A stretch of 63,621 nt of DNA, filler included, from Octopus bimaculoides (GCF_001194135.2; 6 parts of 5 records of this genome joined end to end with filler, not necessarily neighbours in it), one strand, 5' to 3'. Shown: positions 24,129-37,114, numbered from the whole stretch's first letter. Numbers and translations are program-made. Notes: generated by a model from the letters alone, not told the origin.

Positions 24129-25586
24129 NNNNNNNNNNNNNNNNNNNNNNNNNNNNNNNNNNNNNNNNNNNNNNNNNNNNNNNNNNNNNNNNNNNNNNNN
24201 NNNNNNNNNNNNNNNNNNNNNNNNNNNNNNNNNNNNNNNNNNNNNNNNNNNNNNNNNNNNNNNNNNNNNNNNNNNNNNNNNNNNNNNNNNNNNNNNNNNN
24301 NNNNNNNNNNNNNNNNNNNNNNNNNNNNNNNNNNNNNNNNNNNNNNNNNNNNNNNNNNNNNNNNNNNNNNNNNNNNNNNNNNNNNNNNNNNNNNNNNNNN
24401 NNNNNNNNNNNNNNNNNNNNNNNNNNNNNNNNNNNNNNNNNNNNNNNNNNNNNNNNNNNNNNNNNNNNNNNNNNNNNNNNNNNNNNNNNNNNNNNNNNNN
24501 NNNNNNNNNNNNNNNNNNNNNNNNNNNNNNNNNNNNNNNNNNNNNNNNNNNNNNNNNNNNNNNNNNNNNNNNNNNNNNNNNNNNNNNNNNNNNNNNNNNN
24601 NNNNNNNNNNNNNNNNNNNNNNNNNNNNNNNNNNNNNNNNNNNNNNNNNNNNNNNNNNNNNNNNNNNNNNNNNNNNNNNNNNNNNNNNNNNNNNNNNNNN
24701 NNNNNNNNNNNNNNNNNNNNNNNNNNNNNNNNNNNNNNNNNNNNNNNNNNNNNNNNNNNNNNNNNNNNNNNNNNNNNNNNNNNNNNNNNNNNNNNNNNNN
24801 NNNNNNNNNNNNNNNNNNNNNNNNNNNNNNNNNNNNNNNNNNNNNNNNNNNNNNNNNNNNNNNNNNNNNNNNNNNNNNNNNNNNNNNNNNNNNNNNNNNN
24901 NNNNNNNNNNNNNNNNTTATTATTATTATTATTATTATATGATTGAACGCCACGCATCCTCTTCCAAGTAAGTTTATATATAGATATAGATATATACGCA
25001 CGCACACACAAAACCAGTGGTCTAGGAGCGAACGTATCCCTTTTCTCTCCGTCACACTCAGCGCTCTGTCTGCCCCACCCCAATTCTCCTCAAACCCTCC
25101 TACACCCCTGGACCTGCCGCTGCGCAACAACAACTTGACAACGGAACCGCCATTGTTGTGGAATCAACTTAACTCCCCTATTCACAGAATCATACACCAG
25201 CACACACACACCAGTATAGGTGGACAAATATAGATACGCATCTACACACACTTCCAGTATACAGATACGACACGAGATCATAATATTTACACTGTATATA
25301 TGTATGTATATACGTGTGTCTATTCTGTAAATATGCGTGAGTGTGTGCGTATGTGTGCATCTATCTATCAATCTCTCTCTCTATATATATACGTATGTAT
25401 GTATGGATGGATGGCTGGATGGATGGATTATACAATCGCACACACACACACAATAAATATACTCAATATACATATGTAAATGCATATATGTGTGTGTACG
25501 TATAAACGTTCACACTCTTTACAAACACGTACTCTATATACATTTATAAAACATATACTTACACACGATGCATAACACAGCACACA

Positions 25587-25617
<31 letters not shown>

Positions 25618-26409
25618 TCACACACACACACAAACAAACAAATACGCACATTTCCAGCGAAACAGCTGGCACGCGACTATAATTAGAGAGGAAGGCGGAG
25701 CAGGTGAGGTGAGAGGGGGAAATGAAGAAGGGAGTAGAGTGAGTAGTAGGCAAAGAAATGGTGGTAGTGGGAGGAAGAAGAGAGGGAGAGATAGACAGTC
25801 TTGAGAAGAAGGAGCCGGTTGTTGTTTAGAGCCTAGTTCATCCTTGATCAAGCAGACCTATTTTCAAGGCCATTCCAACCGTGACAATCCCACCTTTGTA
25901 TTCAGACAATGCATCAAGGACTACATTTTCCCTAAAACAAGTTACTATTAAAACATAGTATTTTGAGGGAGATTTGGTTCTATTTCCTACAGGTTGTCTA
26001 ACCCTAGGTCAGTCCAGGTCCAGCAGAACTATGACATTCAATTCCATTGTAACCGAAACTCACCTGACATTTTATTCAGATACAAAGTACTTATTTTATC
26101 GTCTTTCATTGTCGAACCACTAAGTTACGGGGATATAAACAAACCTGTACCGGTTGTCAGGCGATGGTGGGGGACAAACACAGACTCAAACACACACACA
26201 CGCGCGCGCGCACATATATGTATATATACGAGGGGCTTCTTTCACTTTCCCCCTACCAAATCTACTCACAAGGCTTTTGTCGGCTTGAGGCTACAGTCGA
26301 AGGCATTTGCCCAAGGTGCTACGCAGTAGGACTGAACACGGAACCATGGGGTTGTGAAACAAGCTTCTTACCACAAACCCATGCCTGCGCCTATAACTAT
26401 AAAATATTT

Positions 26410-26640
26410 TGTGAAAGGACGTGGTACAGGTGTTGGACTCACGTTCCTAAGGTCGTGGTTTCGATTCCAAGGCTAGACAGCATGTTCTGTATCATGTTCA
26501 CTCAGTTACAAAACGTGAAGCAGTAACAGATAGGGGAAGTTAACCCTGAGGTGGACTGGCGTTCCGTTTAGGGAGAAGTGTTGTACACTTCGTTGATTAT
26601 ACATCGGAAAATCTAGGTTGCGGTCCTACCTTATGATGGA
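26410..26640 (+). mobile_element. Old SINE with V-domain-like centre
   Basis: GTGGTTTCGATTCC B-box-like motif and TAACCCTGAGGTGGACTGGCGTTCCGTTTAGGG, resembling the V-SINE conserved block as recalled. Confidence 0.45.
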
Positions 26641-26924
26641 TGCTGTACGGTAGAGGTTCTCAATCAGAGTCCATATGATATAAGATTTTATGTCTATATG
26701 ATATATTATGAGTGTGTGTTTGTTTCACAATCGGTATTTGGATGTTTACGTCCCTGAAACTTAGCGGTTCGGCTAAAGAGACTGATAGAATAAGTACCAG
26801 GATTTTTAAAAACGTACTGAAGTCCATTCATTCGACTGAAAAGCCTTCAATGGCGTACCTCACCATGGCCGCAGTCAAATGACTAGAACAAATAAAAGGT
26901 AAAAGAAAAAGGTATGTATATATA

Positions 26925-27450
26925 CAGGATGCGGATGGTATTTGAGGATAGATGCATTTTTAGTCGTTATTTTATTTAACTAATTTTTATTGAACTTCTT
27001 TTTCAGAAAATAACAATGACAGGCATTAAGCTTACTAATGAAATGAAAAGACATGCTGTAATTGTGGTGGTTTTGAAGGCTAAGCAGGGTGATTTAGAAA
27101 TTTCTCGTTTCCTGAAAGTTGTAAAATCTTTTTCCAAAAGATTCGGTGTGAGTTAGAGAAGGAAGACGGAAGCATATTACCTGTACCGAAACGTAAAAAA
27201 TATTCCAAATGTTCTTATTCTATAAGGATGCCTGAATTTATTCAGGAAGTTAAGCAAAACATTGAAGTCAGTCCAGGAAAGTTAATAAGGTCAATTGCAA
27301 AATAATTTCTTGTGTCAGAAAAAACAATCAGAAATGTGCAAGGAGACATCAGGTACAAATCTTACATAATAAGAGATAAATTCATGTCAGAAAAAAAAAA
27401 AGAAAACCGTTTAATCAGATCCAATGGACTTTTGAACAAACTTAAAAATC
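26925..27450 (+). mobile_element. mariner/maT-like transposon 5' half, degenerate
   Basis: TA|CAGGATGCGG start. Broken ORF MKRHAVIV..DLEISRFLK...IRMPEFIQEVKQNIEVSPGK.IRSIAK...DIRYKSY...ENRLIRSNGLLNKLKNP. Confidence 0.75.
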
Positions 27451-28530
27451 CATCCTACAATTTTTTAATTCTTTTATGCGTTTCAACCTAAAGGCTGTGG
27501 CCATATTGGGGCACTGTCAATAAAAGTGGTCAGCAAGCCTCTACAGAGATTCGAACTTTGTATGTCTCAAATTCTGGCTGAACGATCTCTACCGTTAATC
27601 TAGGGGACCCCCGACACAAAATATTTTTATAATTTTATTTTATAGAATTCCTAATATTTAATTCTAAAAATATAAGATCTTTTAAACATCGAATGGCTAG
27701 GAGCAAATTAGGAGTCAAACGGAGTCCATAGGAAAAACTGGTTGAGAAAGGCTACTGTAAGGTCAAGACGACAACCCAAGAACTCCTTAGAAGATTTAAG
27801 CATGAATAGTTTCAGATCTTGGGGTTATAACAGATCCTTAGTAAAGCCTTTGACCCGGAATCTCAACATGGGTACATATTGCTCTTGGGGTTCTATATAA
27901 GATTTTCTTGTAAAAATTTATACGCAATAAATTTCTTCTACTTCTCCAATACACAATTTTTTTTTATACAGTTCCTTAGAATATTTACTTATACAAAGCA
28001 GAAGGGTGTTTCTTTATATACAGTGAATGGTTATGGGGATCCAGTAGAGTAAAATAGGGGTCAAAGGGGACCCTAAGCAAAAAATGGTTGAGAAAACCTG
28101 CCTTAGACGAAAATATATTTTGAGGAAGATTTCGTAGCTATTTCAAGCAAGTCGATCAACTGTGTGAAGGCTCCTTGTTTAGAATATGTACTGTTGTTTG
28201 GTGTTAAGTGATCAAAGCCATTCCAGCCGTGACTATCCTGTCTCTTTAAACTGATATTCTGTATCTAGTACTATATTGATTTCTGATTTTACACACAGAA
28301 AACCAAGGTTTCTCATACTTGGTGGGAACTGACCCGGGGCCATTGGCAGGATTGAAAAGTAGGGACTGTTTAAACAAATTGCTGTGTTTAAAAAAATTGG
28401 TGGTGATGGTGGTGGTGGTGGTGGTGGTGGNNNNNNNNNNNNNNNNNNNNNNNNNNNNNNNNNNNNNNNNNNNNTTAATTAATTAANNNNNNNNNNNNNN
28501 NNNNNNNNNNNNNNNNNNNNNNNNNNNNNN

Positions 28531-28575
<45 letters not shown>

Positions 28576-30060
28576 ATGTAAACATTTTTCTTCAAACTAC
28601 TACCCCATTTAAATTAAACACTTAATTCAATAATTTAATACTATAACACAGTGCCATCCATTTAATACTTTATATCCATTATTCTATATTTTACCAGTAT
28701 AGGTTTTAGCAATAAATAACTATAACTTAGAAAAACAAGCAATCGATCTGGTCCGGTCCATCTGTTGTCCCTTGTCATGAAATCCTCCTTCTTCTGCCTT
28801 CTGACAACAATGAATCCCCTGCCCAACTCCTATATTACATTTAACAAAATAGCTGATTCCCCTGATAGGTAGATACATGTTTTACATTTTTATTTTTATA
28901 CGTTTGCAACAATAATTTATTTTCTTATGCTGTCCCTTAAGATCATATCCCCTTAGTCATATTGTTTTAGTTATCGTACTCACTCATTTATTTATTTATT
29001 TACTTGTCTTAATTTAATTTAGTTTAATCTAGTTTTAGTTTTACTTTGCTCTTCTACTTGCCCATAGCAGCCATGATTTTTTTATTCATTTATTTATTTA
29101 TTTACTCATTTATTTATCTGATTTGTTTTTGTGTTATCTGTTAACCATCAACGAACTGGAACCGCGTCATGGTTTTCAAAAAAATAGCTGACCAATTAGG
29201 TTGCAGGACTGACCATGACCCCCCACCCCACTGCACACAAGGATTCAGGGACCTGTTAATCGAAACAATAACAAACACGAACACTGTACTTTGGTCACCA
29301 CCTGGTGCCATACTCTCTTTAGTACCAGCTGCCATCCTACATATAAACTTCCACCTCCGAAACACAGACCATACTTTCAAACCCACCACAGTAAACATAA
29401 TGTGTATTTATATGTAAACAAAATAAGAACCACTCCCTAAATTCACCCTTCCTAAAAAATTCCTCCTAAGAACGACTATATCCACCTATCCACCACTAGA
29501 CGAAATAACATGAATCTTGGAAGGCAACACTGGAAGTCTATGACTTACTTCCTTTTCCGATACCTAATCCATCTTACTAAGTTGTACTCCTCTCACACTC
29601 TAAATTTTGCTCCTATTCTTCTTATGCCCTCTTCAATAAGAAAAATATACTGTACCTATTGGTAATTGATTCTTGTATGTATTGGCTCTCCTAACCCTCT
29701 GAAGAAGCCTAGAGGCACACTCAACATCCAAACTTTATTAACCCATCCCGACAGAATACTGAAGGGATGGAGATAGCATGGAGGATATTATGGCCTCTTG
29801 GCAAAAACGGCTTTAATGAACTGATCTTTTACTCTATTATGTATTACTAGTACATATGTGTGTAACACACAGTCTTTGCATGTGTATGTATTCTTATAAT
29901 ACTTCCTTATGTTTTAGAATAGATAGACATAATAGAATGACTACCGACTGATGTCATTTTTGTATCCCTCCATTTTCTTTTTTACTATATATATATATAT
30001 ATTCACACACATACACACATATATATACATACATACATACATGTGTGTGAGTATATATAA

Positions 30061-30091
<31 letters not shown>

Positions 30092-31099
30092 AATATATAT
30101 ATGTATGTCTGTGTGTACATACATGTACACACAACACACGTTATCCAAATACCCTACATATGTTTCCTGATAACCCATTGTGGTTGAGCATTAAAATGAA
30201 CTTAGAACTGCTGGACTCCAAACAACCATAAAGGAGAAAAGCATACAGGAACTATAAGATAAACTTGTGTTTATTCTTATTTCTGAGATTATATATATAT
30301 ATTCAAATAAAGTACATAAAAATTACACTGTGTGTGTGTGTGTATGTGTGTATGTGTGTGTGTGCATGTGTGTGTGTGTGTGTGTGTACCACAATCAAGT
30401 TGAACCACCACTGCCACAACTACCACAATCCTCCCTCCCCCACACAACACACACCACCACCACCATTTTAGGTTTACACACTTTTCTCTGTTGAGAGATT
30501 TCCCTAGCTCACACTGTTCCTACTAATCTCTCCTCCTCCTCTCTCTCTCTATCTCTCTCTCTCTCTCTCCTTCTCTTAGTTAGTTCCTACTAATCTCTCC
30601 TTCTCTGCAATTATAGCACATGATCTTTTGCTTCTCAACTAATTGTGTATGTTGGCATACAGCTGTGCATGAATTAGCTTGTGTGTGACTGTGTGAGGGA
30701 GGGGGATGCACTGTGTATGTGTGTGTGTGTGCGCGCACACACACAGGTGCCCAAGAGTATTTGCAAGAACATGATATAACAATTGGATTTTTGCTATTTC
30801 TATTTTATATATTGCAGTGGCTTATTTAGAGGAGGAAAGTTGGTGCATCTGACATTTTTTTTCAGCACTTTCAAAACTGATGGAGAGGGGCAAGGAAAAA
30901 AATAAATAAATAATAACTCCCCCCCCCCCCCCAAAAAAAAAACACAACAGTAAAAATAGCTGGCTGTAGTAATAAAAGACAGAACACCAAGATACTAAGT
31001 TATACTCACACAACAGACCTGGACTTGGTCAGAATAACTACAACAGAACAGATTCTATTAACACCACCAAAGAGTTAGATGCTGCTGCTAAACACTGTA

Positions 31100-31117
31100 T
31101 CAGATTAAATCTGCAGC
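31100..31117 (-). CDS. Candidate terminal coding exon of the ADP-ribosylglycohydrolase-like gene (AADLI*)
   Basis: Strong acceptor cttctaatgtttattgcttaccctttag|G with a ctaat branch-like motif, phase-0 compatible with 31330-31435. No homology support. Confidence 0.4.
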   Translation of the reverse strand, partial: AADLI

Positions 31118-31329
31118 CTAAAGGGTAAGCAATAAACATTAGAAGAAAGAGCAAGAGATATAAAAAGAAGGTACAACACCTTGGGCAAGAGCCTTTAACT
31201 GTAATACCAAACTGACAAATGCCTTCCTTTGTTTAACATTTGTTTTGGCAAACATGCATGGGCTTGGACAAATATATTATTTGTGACACTGCTTTAGTGC
31301 TAGATGCCCTTCTTAACATTAACCTTTAC

Positions 31330-31435
31330 CTGTTTTTCTTGTAAGGGATCACTTATTTCACATGACTTGAAAGACATAAGTGGCTGGATGATTTGTTGAC
31401 AGGGGAAACTGATACCACCACCACCTGCTGCATAT
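31330..31435 (-). CDS. Candidate penultimate exon of the ADP-ribosylglycohydrolase-like gene (E-YAAGGGGISFPCQQ...LQEKQ)
   Basis: AG acceptor and CAG|GTAAAG donor. The 1+105 nt length completes the phase-2 end of exon 34686-34816 with no stop codon. Confidence 0.4.
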
Positions 31436-31480
31436 CTATATGACCAATTAAACACATAAAAAACAATCACACACATACAC

Positions 31481-31509
<29 letters not shown>

Positions 31510-31519
<10 letters not shown>

Positions 31520-32060
31520 TAGACAAGCTGAAGATTTATGCTAAAAGTGTTAACAATGCCAAAAAAACAACTGGAATTAATAACAACATTTTCAGCTGAT
31601 ATAGGCATGGAATTTGGCCAAAAGAAATGTTCATATTTGGTTATAGAACGAGGAAAGTCAGTCCCTTAAACCCAAAACCTATGCATCGACTGTCACTCTA
31701 TCTCCCTATTTCACACAAAGAATGCTAAAAGTACCTAGGCATAGACAAAAATGTATCATATGAAGGCACTGTGAATAAAGATAGAGTGACCCGAGAATAT
31801 TACACCAGACTTAGGAAAATATGGCAGTCAGAACTCTCCTCTAACAACAAAACAATATCCCACAATGCATTTCCAGTACCAGTGCTAATCCCAACATTTG
31901 AGATACTTGATTGGTCTGTAGAGGAAATCCACTCCATAGGTATCAAAACCTGCAAAATCCTGACAACAACTGGGAACTTCCACAGAAACAGTGATGTTGA
32001 CAGGCTCTACCTAAGAAGAAGTGAAGGTGGTAGAGGCCTTTGAATGCCATATGATATCAC
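31510..32060 (+). mobile_element. R4/Dong-clade non-LTR retrotransposon RT fragment
   Basis: DKLKIYAKS (YMDDLKLYAK-like), TFSADIGMEFGQKKC and NFHRNSDVDRLYLRRSEGGRGL, with frameshifts. Confidence 0.8.
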
Positions 32061-32239
32061 TCAGGCAGCAGCTGCTGAACAACAGCAGCAAAAATAAAGT
32101 ATGACAGCGGGATGGAAGATTCAAAACAAATACTAATATTAAAACAGCACAAGAACTGAGCAGCAGATGGAACATTTAAGTGCTGCTTTTTCAGTTATAC
32201 ATGCTTCACATCCAAATTGATAATTTTAATGCCCCACGA

Positions 32240-32880
32240 TTGTTCGCATTGCTCTCTGATAAAAGTCAAGACACATATAGTAGACTTTTTGTCAAAATAA
32301 ATGAATGAGGGACCTGATAATATAATTATCGATTTTGAAAAAGTAGCCCATAACGGATTTCTGGAATCCTGGGTCATATTTGGCATGTTGCTTGTTTCAT
32401 TTAGGACAAAATGTGTACAAGCATGTTTTACAAGAAAGACTAAAATGCAGATATCACGAAGATGACAGTTTTAGTCTAAAAATGCAGTGTTTTGTTGCCC
32501 TTGCTTTCTTGCCGGTTGATGATATTGTAGATGGATATGAACAACTTGTAGATGATGATTATATTCACAGTCAATGGTATCCTATTTTGAAAATACTCAT
32601 ATAGGACCACCGAGAAGAAGAGGAGGCGACACCTTGAGTCTCCATTTCCACCACCTATATAGAATGCCTGGGATCAATGTATGATGGGGATTCCTCATAC
32701 TACAAATAGTTTAGAAGCCTACCACAGCATGCTGAAAAACACAGTAAATATTAGTCATCCAAGTATTTGGAAACTTATTGATGTGATTAAATGTGAGGAC
32801 AGGTTTGCCAGTACCAAATTGCAGAAGTTTATGCAAATACTAAGATATGAACCTACATATAAAAAATGTCATGGAAAAAT
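32240..32880 (+). mobile_element. MULE (Mutator-like) transposase fragment
   Basis: CLFHLGQNVYK...ALAFLPVDDIVDG...TTNSLEAYH...SHPSIWKLI motifs, with frameshifts. Confidence 0.8.
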
Positions 32881-32904
32881 ATGATCCAAGCCAAAAAATT
32901 ATTC

Positions 32905-33258
32905 ATAGCTGTAGCCAGTTCCCCCTGACTGGCTCCCATGCAAGTGGCACATAAAAAGCACCATCCAAACGTGGTCGATGCTAGTGCTCTCTGACTGGCA
33001 CCTGTGCCGGTCGCTTGTAAAAAGCACCATCTGAACATGATTGATGCCAGGCCTGCCTGACTGGCTCCTGTGGCAGTGGCACGTAAAAAGCACCCACTAC
33101 ACTCTTGGAGTGGTTGTTGTTAGGAAGGGTATCCAGCTGTAGAAACATTGCTAGATCAGATTGGAGCCTGGTGCAGCTGCTGCCTCTCCAGACCTCAGTC
33201 AAACTGTCCAACTCATGCCAGCATGGAAAATGGGCGTTAAACGATGATGATGATGATG
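32905..33258 (+). mobile_element. SINE-like family C: ~66-bp tandem units followed by an RTE-type tail ending in (GAT)n
   Basis: Three units GCCAG...CTGACTGGC...TAAAAAGCACC, then AGGAAGGG.ATCCAGCTGTAGAAAC...CATGGAAA..GG.CGTTAAACGATGATGATG. Copies also at 40130-40317 and 47290-47569. Confidence 0.8.
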
Positions 33259-34399
33259 AATTACACACAATCTTAAATTTTAAGAAAAAATAAATATGCA
33301 ATACAGCAAACCTTAAAATAATTTTTAATTCAGATATTCATTCTTCCATTTTCCCTATGATCTCAATGGATTTACCTGGGGATGAATTGATCAACAACAA
33401 ATTGACTGGAGACAAATTAAATGAGGACAAATTGCCATTGACAAGTTGACTGGACACTGTTTCCAAGCAAGGTAATATTTTCTCCTAGTCTTTCAAACAA
33501 GAACAAATCAATGTCAGCACATGTTTTCAGAGATTACAAATAAAACAGTGTTTTAGTATTGTCTACATTCAGCACAAGATGTATAGGCAAGGAGATACAA
33601 AAGCACACAGACACAAAACAGTTTTCTTTCAGTTTCTATCTACCAAATTCACTCAATAGATTTGGTCAGCCTGGGGTGCTGTACAGCAGGACTGAACCTA
33701 AAACCGTATGGCTGTAACCCTTTTTAATAGAGGTTTATAGCCAGAAATTTGAGGAAGAGAACACTGGATTATATCAATTCACAATACTTGTTTAGTACTT
33801 TATTCTGTCAACCCAAAAGATATAAAAAAAAGGTGATGTAAGGTAAATTTTACAAGTGTTTATTAACTAAAAGCACATACTTGTAATTTTACTGCATATC
33901 TATAAATGTACAAATATACAAGGCGTGGTGATAAGAAGTTTGCTTCCCAACCACATGGTTCCAGGTTGAGTCCCACTGCATGACACTTTGGACAAGTATC
34001 TTCTGCTATAGCCTCAGATTGATCAAAGCCTTGTAAGTGAATTTGATAGACAGAAACTGAAAAAATAGCATTGTGTGTGTGCGTGTGTGTCGGCATTTGT
34101 GCCCCGTCACCACCTGTCAACTGGTGTTAGTGTGTTTACATTCCCGTAACTTACTAGTTTGACAAAAGAGACTGATAAAGTATCAAGCTTAAAAAAAATA
34201 AGTACTGGGGTCAATTTGTTCAACTGAAAACACTTCTTTACTGAAAGCAGTAAAAGATACATATATACACATATGTATGTATAGATACACACATATATGG
34301 ATACATTTTTTTTTCTTGAGCCCTAAGACTCACCAAGCTGGTTACCCAGTCACTATGATGTATAAGTGAACAACCAAAATTACAACATTCCCACTTGAG

Positions 34400-34620
34400 A
34401 CACTGATTTATCGGAGGCTACAAAGCCAGTAATTTTGAGGGGAGGGGACAAGTTGACTACACTGAACCCCAGTACTTGATGGTACCTTATAGATACCCCC
34501 TCCCAAAAGAAATGAAAGGCAAAGTTGACTTTGGCAGGATTTGAACTCAGAACATAAAGAACCAGATGAAATGCCACTAAGCATTTTATCCAACATGCTG
34601 GTTCTACCAGTTTGCTGCCA
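34400..34620 (-). mobile_element. SINE family A copy, fully CpG-decayed
   Basis: Alignable to the 1388-2019 copies, with consensus CpGs replaced by TG or CA. Confidence 0.8.
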
Positions 34621-34685
34621 TATACACACATAGACATAAGAACAAAATATTTATTACATAAACTTTAAATATAATGATAACTAAC

Positions 34686-34816
34686 TCATCTAAAATTGAA
34701 TCAAGCCATGTTCTGTGCAGCAGACTGTCAATCCATGATTTAGGAATGGCATCAAGGCCCATTTTACATCCAAGAACAGCTCCAGCTGCAGCAGCATTAG
34801 CATCAGCATCTCCTCC
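34686..34816 (-). CDS. ADP-ribosylglycohydrolase-like gene, exon e (GGDADANAAAAGAVLGCKMGLDAIPKSWIDSLLHRTWLDSILD)
   Basis: Acceptor ttctctattgatttcag, donor GA|GTTAGT, 131 nt (phase 0 to 2). Matches the GDxDTN-x-A-x-AGAxLG C-terminal motif of the ARH family. Confidence 0.9.
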
Positions 34817-35129
34817 CTGAAATCAATAGAGAATAACATTTCTCATACATTTCAAAAGTCAGCCATTGTAAATATTTGGGACAGAGTTTTTTTAGGATAA
34901 CTATAACCAGCTGGTATTAAGTAGAGGATAAAAAACTTTGAATAAACTGTATAAATATCTTTTTGTAAATATCTCAAACGTTTATGTATATGACTGTTAT
35001 TCCATTTAGGGCTTTAACTCCTTCAATACCGAACCACCTGAGACTACCACTGGTTTTGCCACAAAATTCTTTCATTTTAAACTGTTCACATTAGAGTGAA
35101 GAGCTTTCATCATAATTTAATAATGAGTG

Positions 35130-35380
35130 CTCCTCTGAAATTTTATCAAGCAGGTAATCATGCTAGGATTATGTGTTGGGAAAAAGCACTGAAGAGGCTC
35201 AAGAGAGAAAGCTTGTTGAATACCAAGAGCTAGTAGAACAATGCAGAGCTGAGGCTGGTAGGATTACTGCAAGCCAATTGAAGTGGATTGCATGGGGTTT
35301 GTGGGGTAATCATTCTACGGAGCACTAATTGGGCTTGGAATCATTAATGCAGCAAAAAGGTGGGGGAAATCTTGAAACCT
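35130..35380 (+). mobile_element. Restriction-like-endonuclease domain fragment of an R2/HERO-type LINE (intronic)
   Basis: Frameshifted VCWE..EEAQERKL..YQELVEQCR...PIEV.C.GFVG..LGI resembles the RLE C-terminus. Confidence 0.65.
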
Positions 35381-35736
35381 TTGTGAAACAGTTTTTTAAA
35401 TTTATGTTCTAAGCAACAATTTAATGAAAAGAAGCTAACCTTTTCATTAAATCCCACCAAATTATTATTTCCTCCAAGTCATTTGAAACAGAGGTAATAT
35501 ATATCATTAAATATGTGGTCAAGAAAAGGTAAAATTCAAAAATCAATGATTGGATTTCTTTACCAACATATAGACTGTACCTGTAGCATGTACACAAACA
35601 ATGGTACAGTTTCCATGCTTAATTAGTATTTATTTACTGACTCAGCATACAAAAGGAGAGAAACAGAGAGAGGTGGAGAACAAGGTAGAGAAAGTAGACA
35701 GATTTGAAACATTCAATCAAATGTTGGCATGCTTAC

Positions 35737-35895
35737 TTCCATTACTATCTCTTGTAGTGCTTTACGGAAGTCTTTCTGCTTCAGTGCCCACATGGCAACA
35801 CCAACTGTTTTAAAAATATACCGAGTTTTGCCAGGTTCATTTAATTGTAGTTGTTTCAAAGATGAGTTGTACATGTAAGATTGCAACTCACGAAC
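35737..35895 (-). CDS. ADP-ribosylglycohydrolase-like gene, exon d (VRELQSYMYN...PGKTRYIFKTVGVAMWALKQKDFRKALQEIVME)
   Basis: Acceptor aatgttttctctag, donor GAA|GTAAGC, 159 nt, phase 0-0, no stops. Confidence 0.9.
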
Positions 35896-37044
35896 CTAGA
35901 GAAAACATTAAAACACAAATTAAACAGCAGAATATAAAGTGTTAAACATAAAACATATTTTTCCAAGTTAGAATTAATCACATAAATTCTTGTTTGCTGA
36001 TAGAAAAGTATGTTTTTTGACAATATCATACAATGATAGAGAGAATGAATGTTGAGAAGAGCAAGAAATATGAAGAGAAATGAATTCATGATTTTCGAAT
36101 CAATAATCCAGTATCTAAATCACATAAAACCCATGTATTTATGATAGAGTGCCATTGTAACAGTGAAATTCAAAGCAAATGAATTGTATATATTGGGTAG
36201 AAATATACCCTTTGGATTGAAAAAAAAAATCAAAGGCTGCCAAAATAGAATTACTTCATATTTTCTCTCAAAGTTTCTAACTTCATATGATGCCAACATC
36301 TGAATTGGTTTTATTATGAAGACTACACAATGTTGTTTGAAGGAAGATTTAGTTGCTTGTATAGAATTTATATAAAAGTTCCTTTGCTAGTTTCTTTCGT
36401 TTTATAGTTGTAAATTTTATTATTCTACATAGAAATTACATTTCTATGTTTCTAAAATGTAGCATTAATACATTGATAGGGGTTAGCTTCTCTCATCTGT
36501 TCACAATTACCATTTACACACTCTTTTGATCAGTATATTTCATCTTATGTAGCCATTTAGAAACATAAAAAAAAGCACTCAATATATATATTGGGCTGCA
36601 ATAAATATTTTGTGACTTCAGTTATAACCCATGAAAGATTAAAGAAGAAACACTTGAGATTAGAACCATTTGTCTGTCTCTTTTAATTAAAGCCCAAAAC
36701 TATAAAAACCATCAAACCAACAATGAAAAAATAACATCAACAACAAAACCTGGAAATATAACTTTAAACCAAACAAGACAATGGCACTTCTTGTAAGTTG
36801 GATTTCTAGATCAGCTCCAAGGAGTTATATTTGTATTACTGGTGCTGAGGAAGTGAATTGGAAAAGTTGTTGGAGTATCAAATAGAATGCAATGTGATAT
36901 TTATTCTGATCATTTGCGTTTTGAATTTAAATCCCAACAAGGTCAATTTTGTCTTCCATGTTTTTAGGATCAATAAATAAAGTACCATCCGATAACTGGT
37001 GCAAATCTCTGTCTCCCCAGCAGTCACATCCAGGATGCTCTAGT

Positions 37045-37114
37045 GGGTCCAGAGTTGGAGGGTCCAGAGTTGGAGGGTCCAGAGTTGGAGGGTCCAGAGT
37101 TGGAGGGCCCAGAG
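37045..37114. repeat. 15-bp tandem repeat (gggtccagagttgga) x4.7
   Basis: Four perfect units plus a partial unit, directly after a + strand SINE A fragment (about 36900-37015). Confidence 0.9.

Noticed and set aside
25000-25233. C-rich segment reminiscent of a Penelope linker
   Set aside because: No alignable peptide motif was found in any frame, so the similarity is compositional only.
28475-28486. TTAATTAATTAA embedded in N-runs (also 53251, 59994, 61283, 62448)
   Set aside because: It is always centred in a 100-bp block with 44 Ns on each side and gives stops in all six frames. This is an assembly gap spacer, not biology.
32905-33090. Repeat-spacer-like periodicity (also the 28-bp array at 61340)
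   Set aside because: These are tandem degenerate units without unique spacers, in a eukaryotic context with no cas genes, so not CRISPR.
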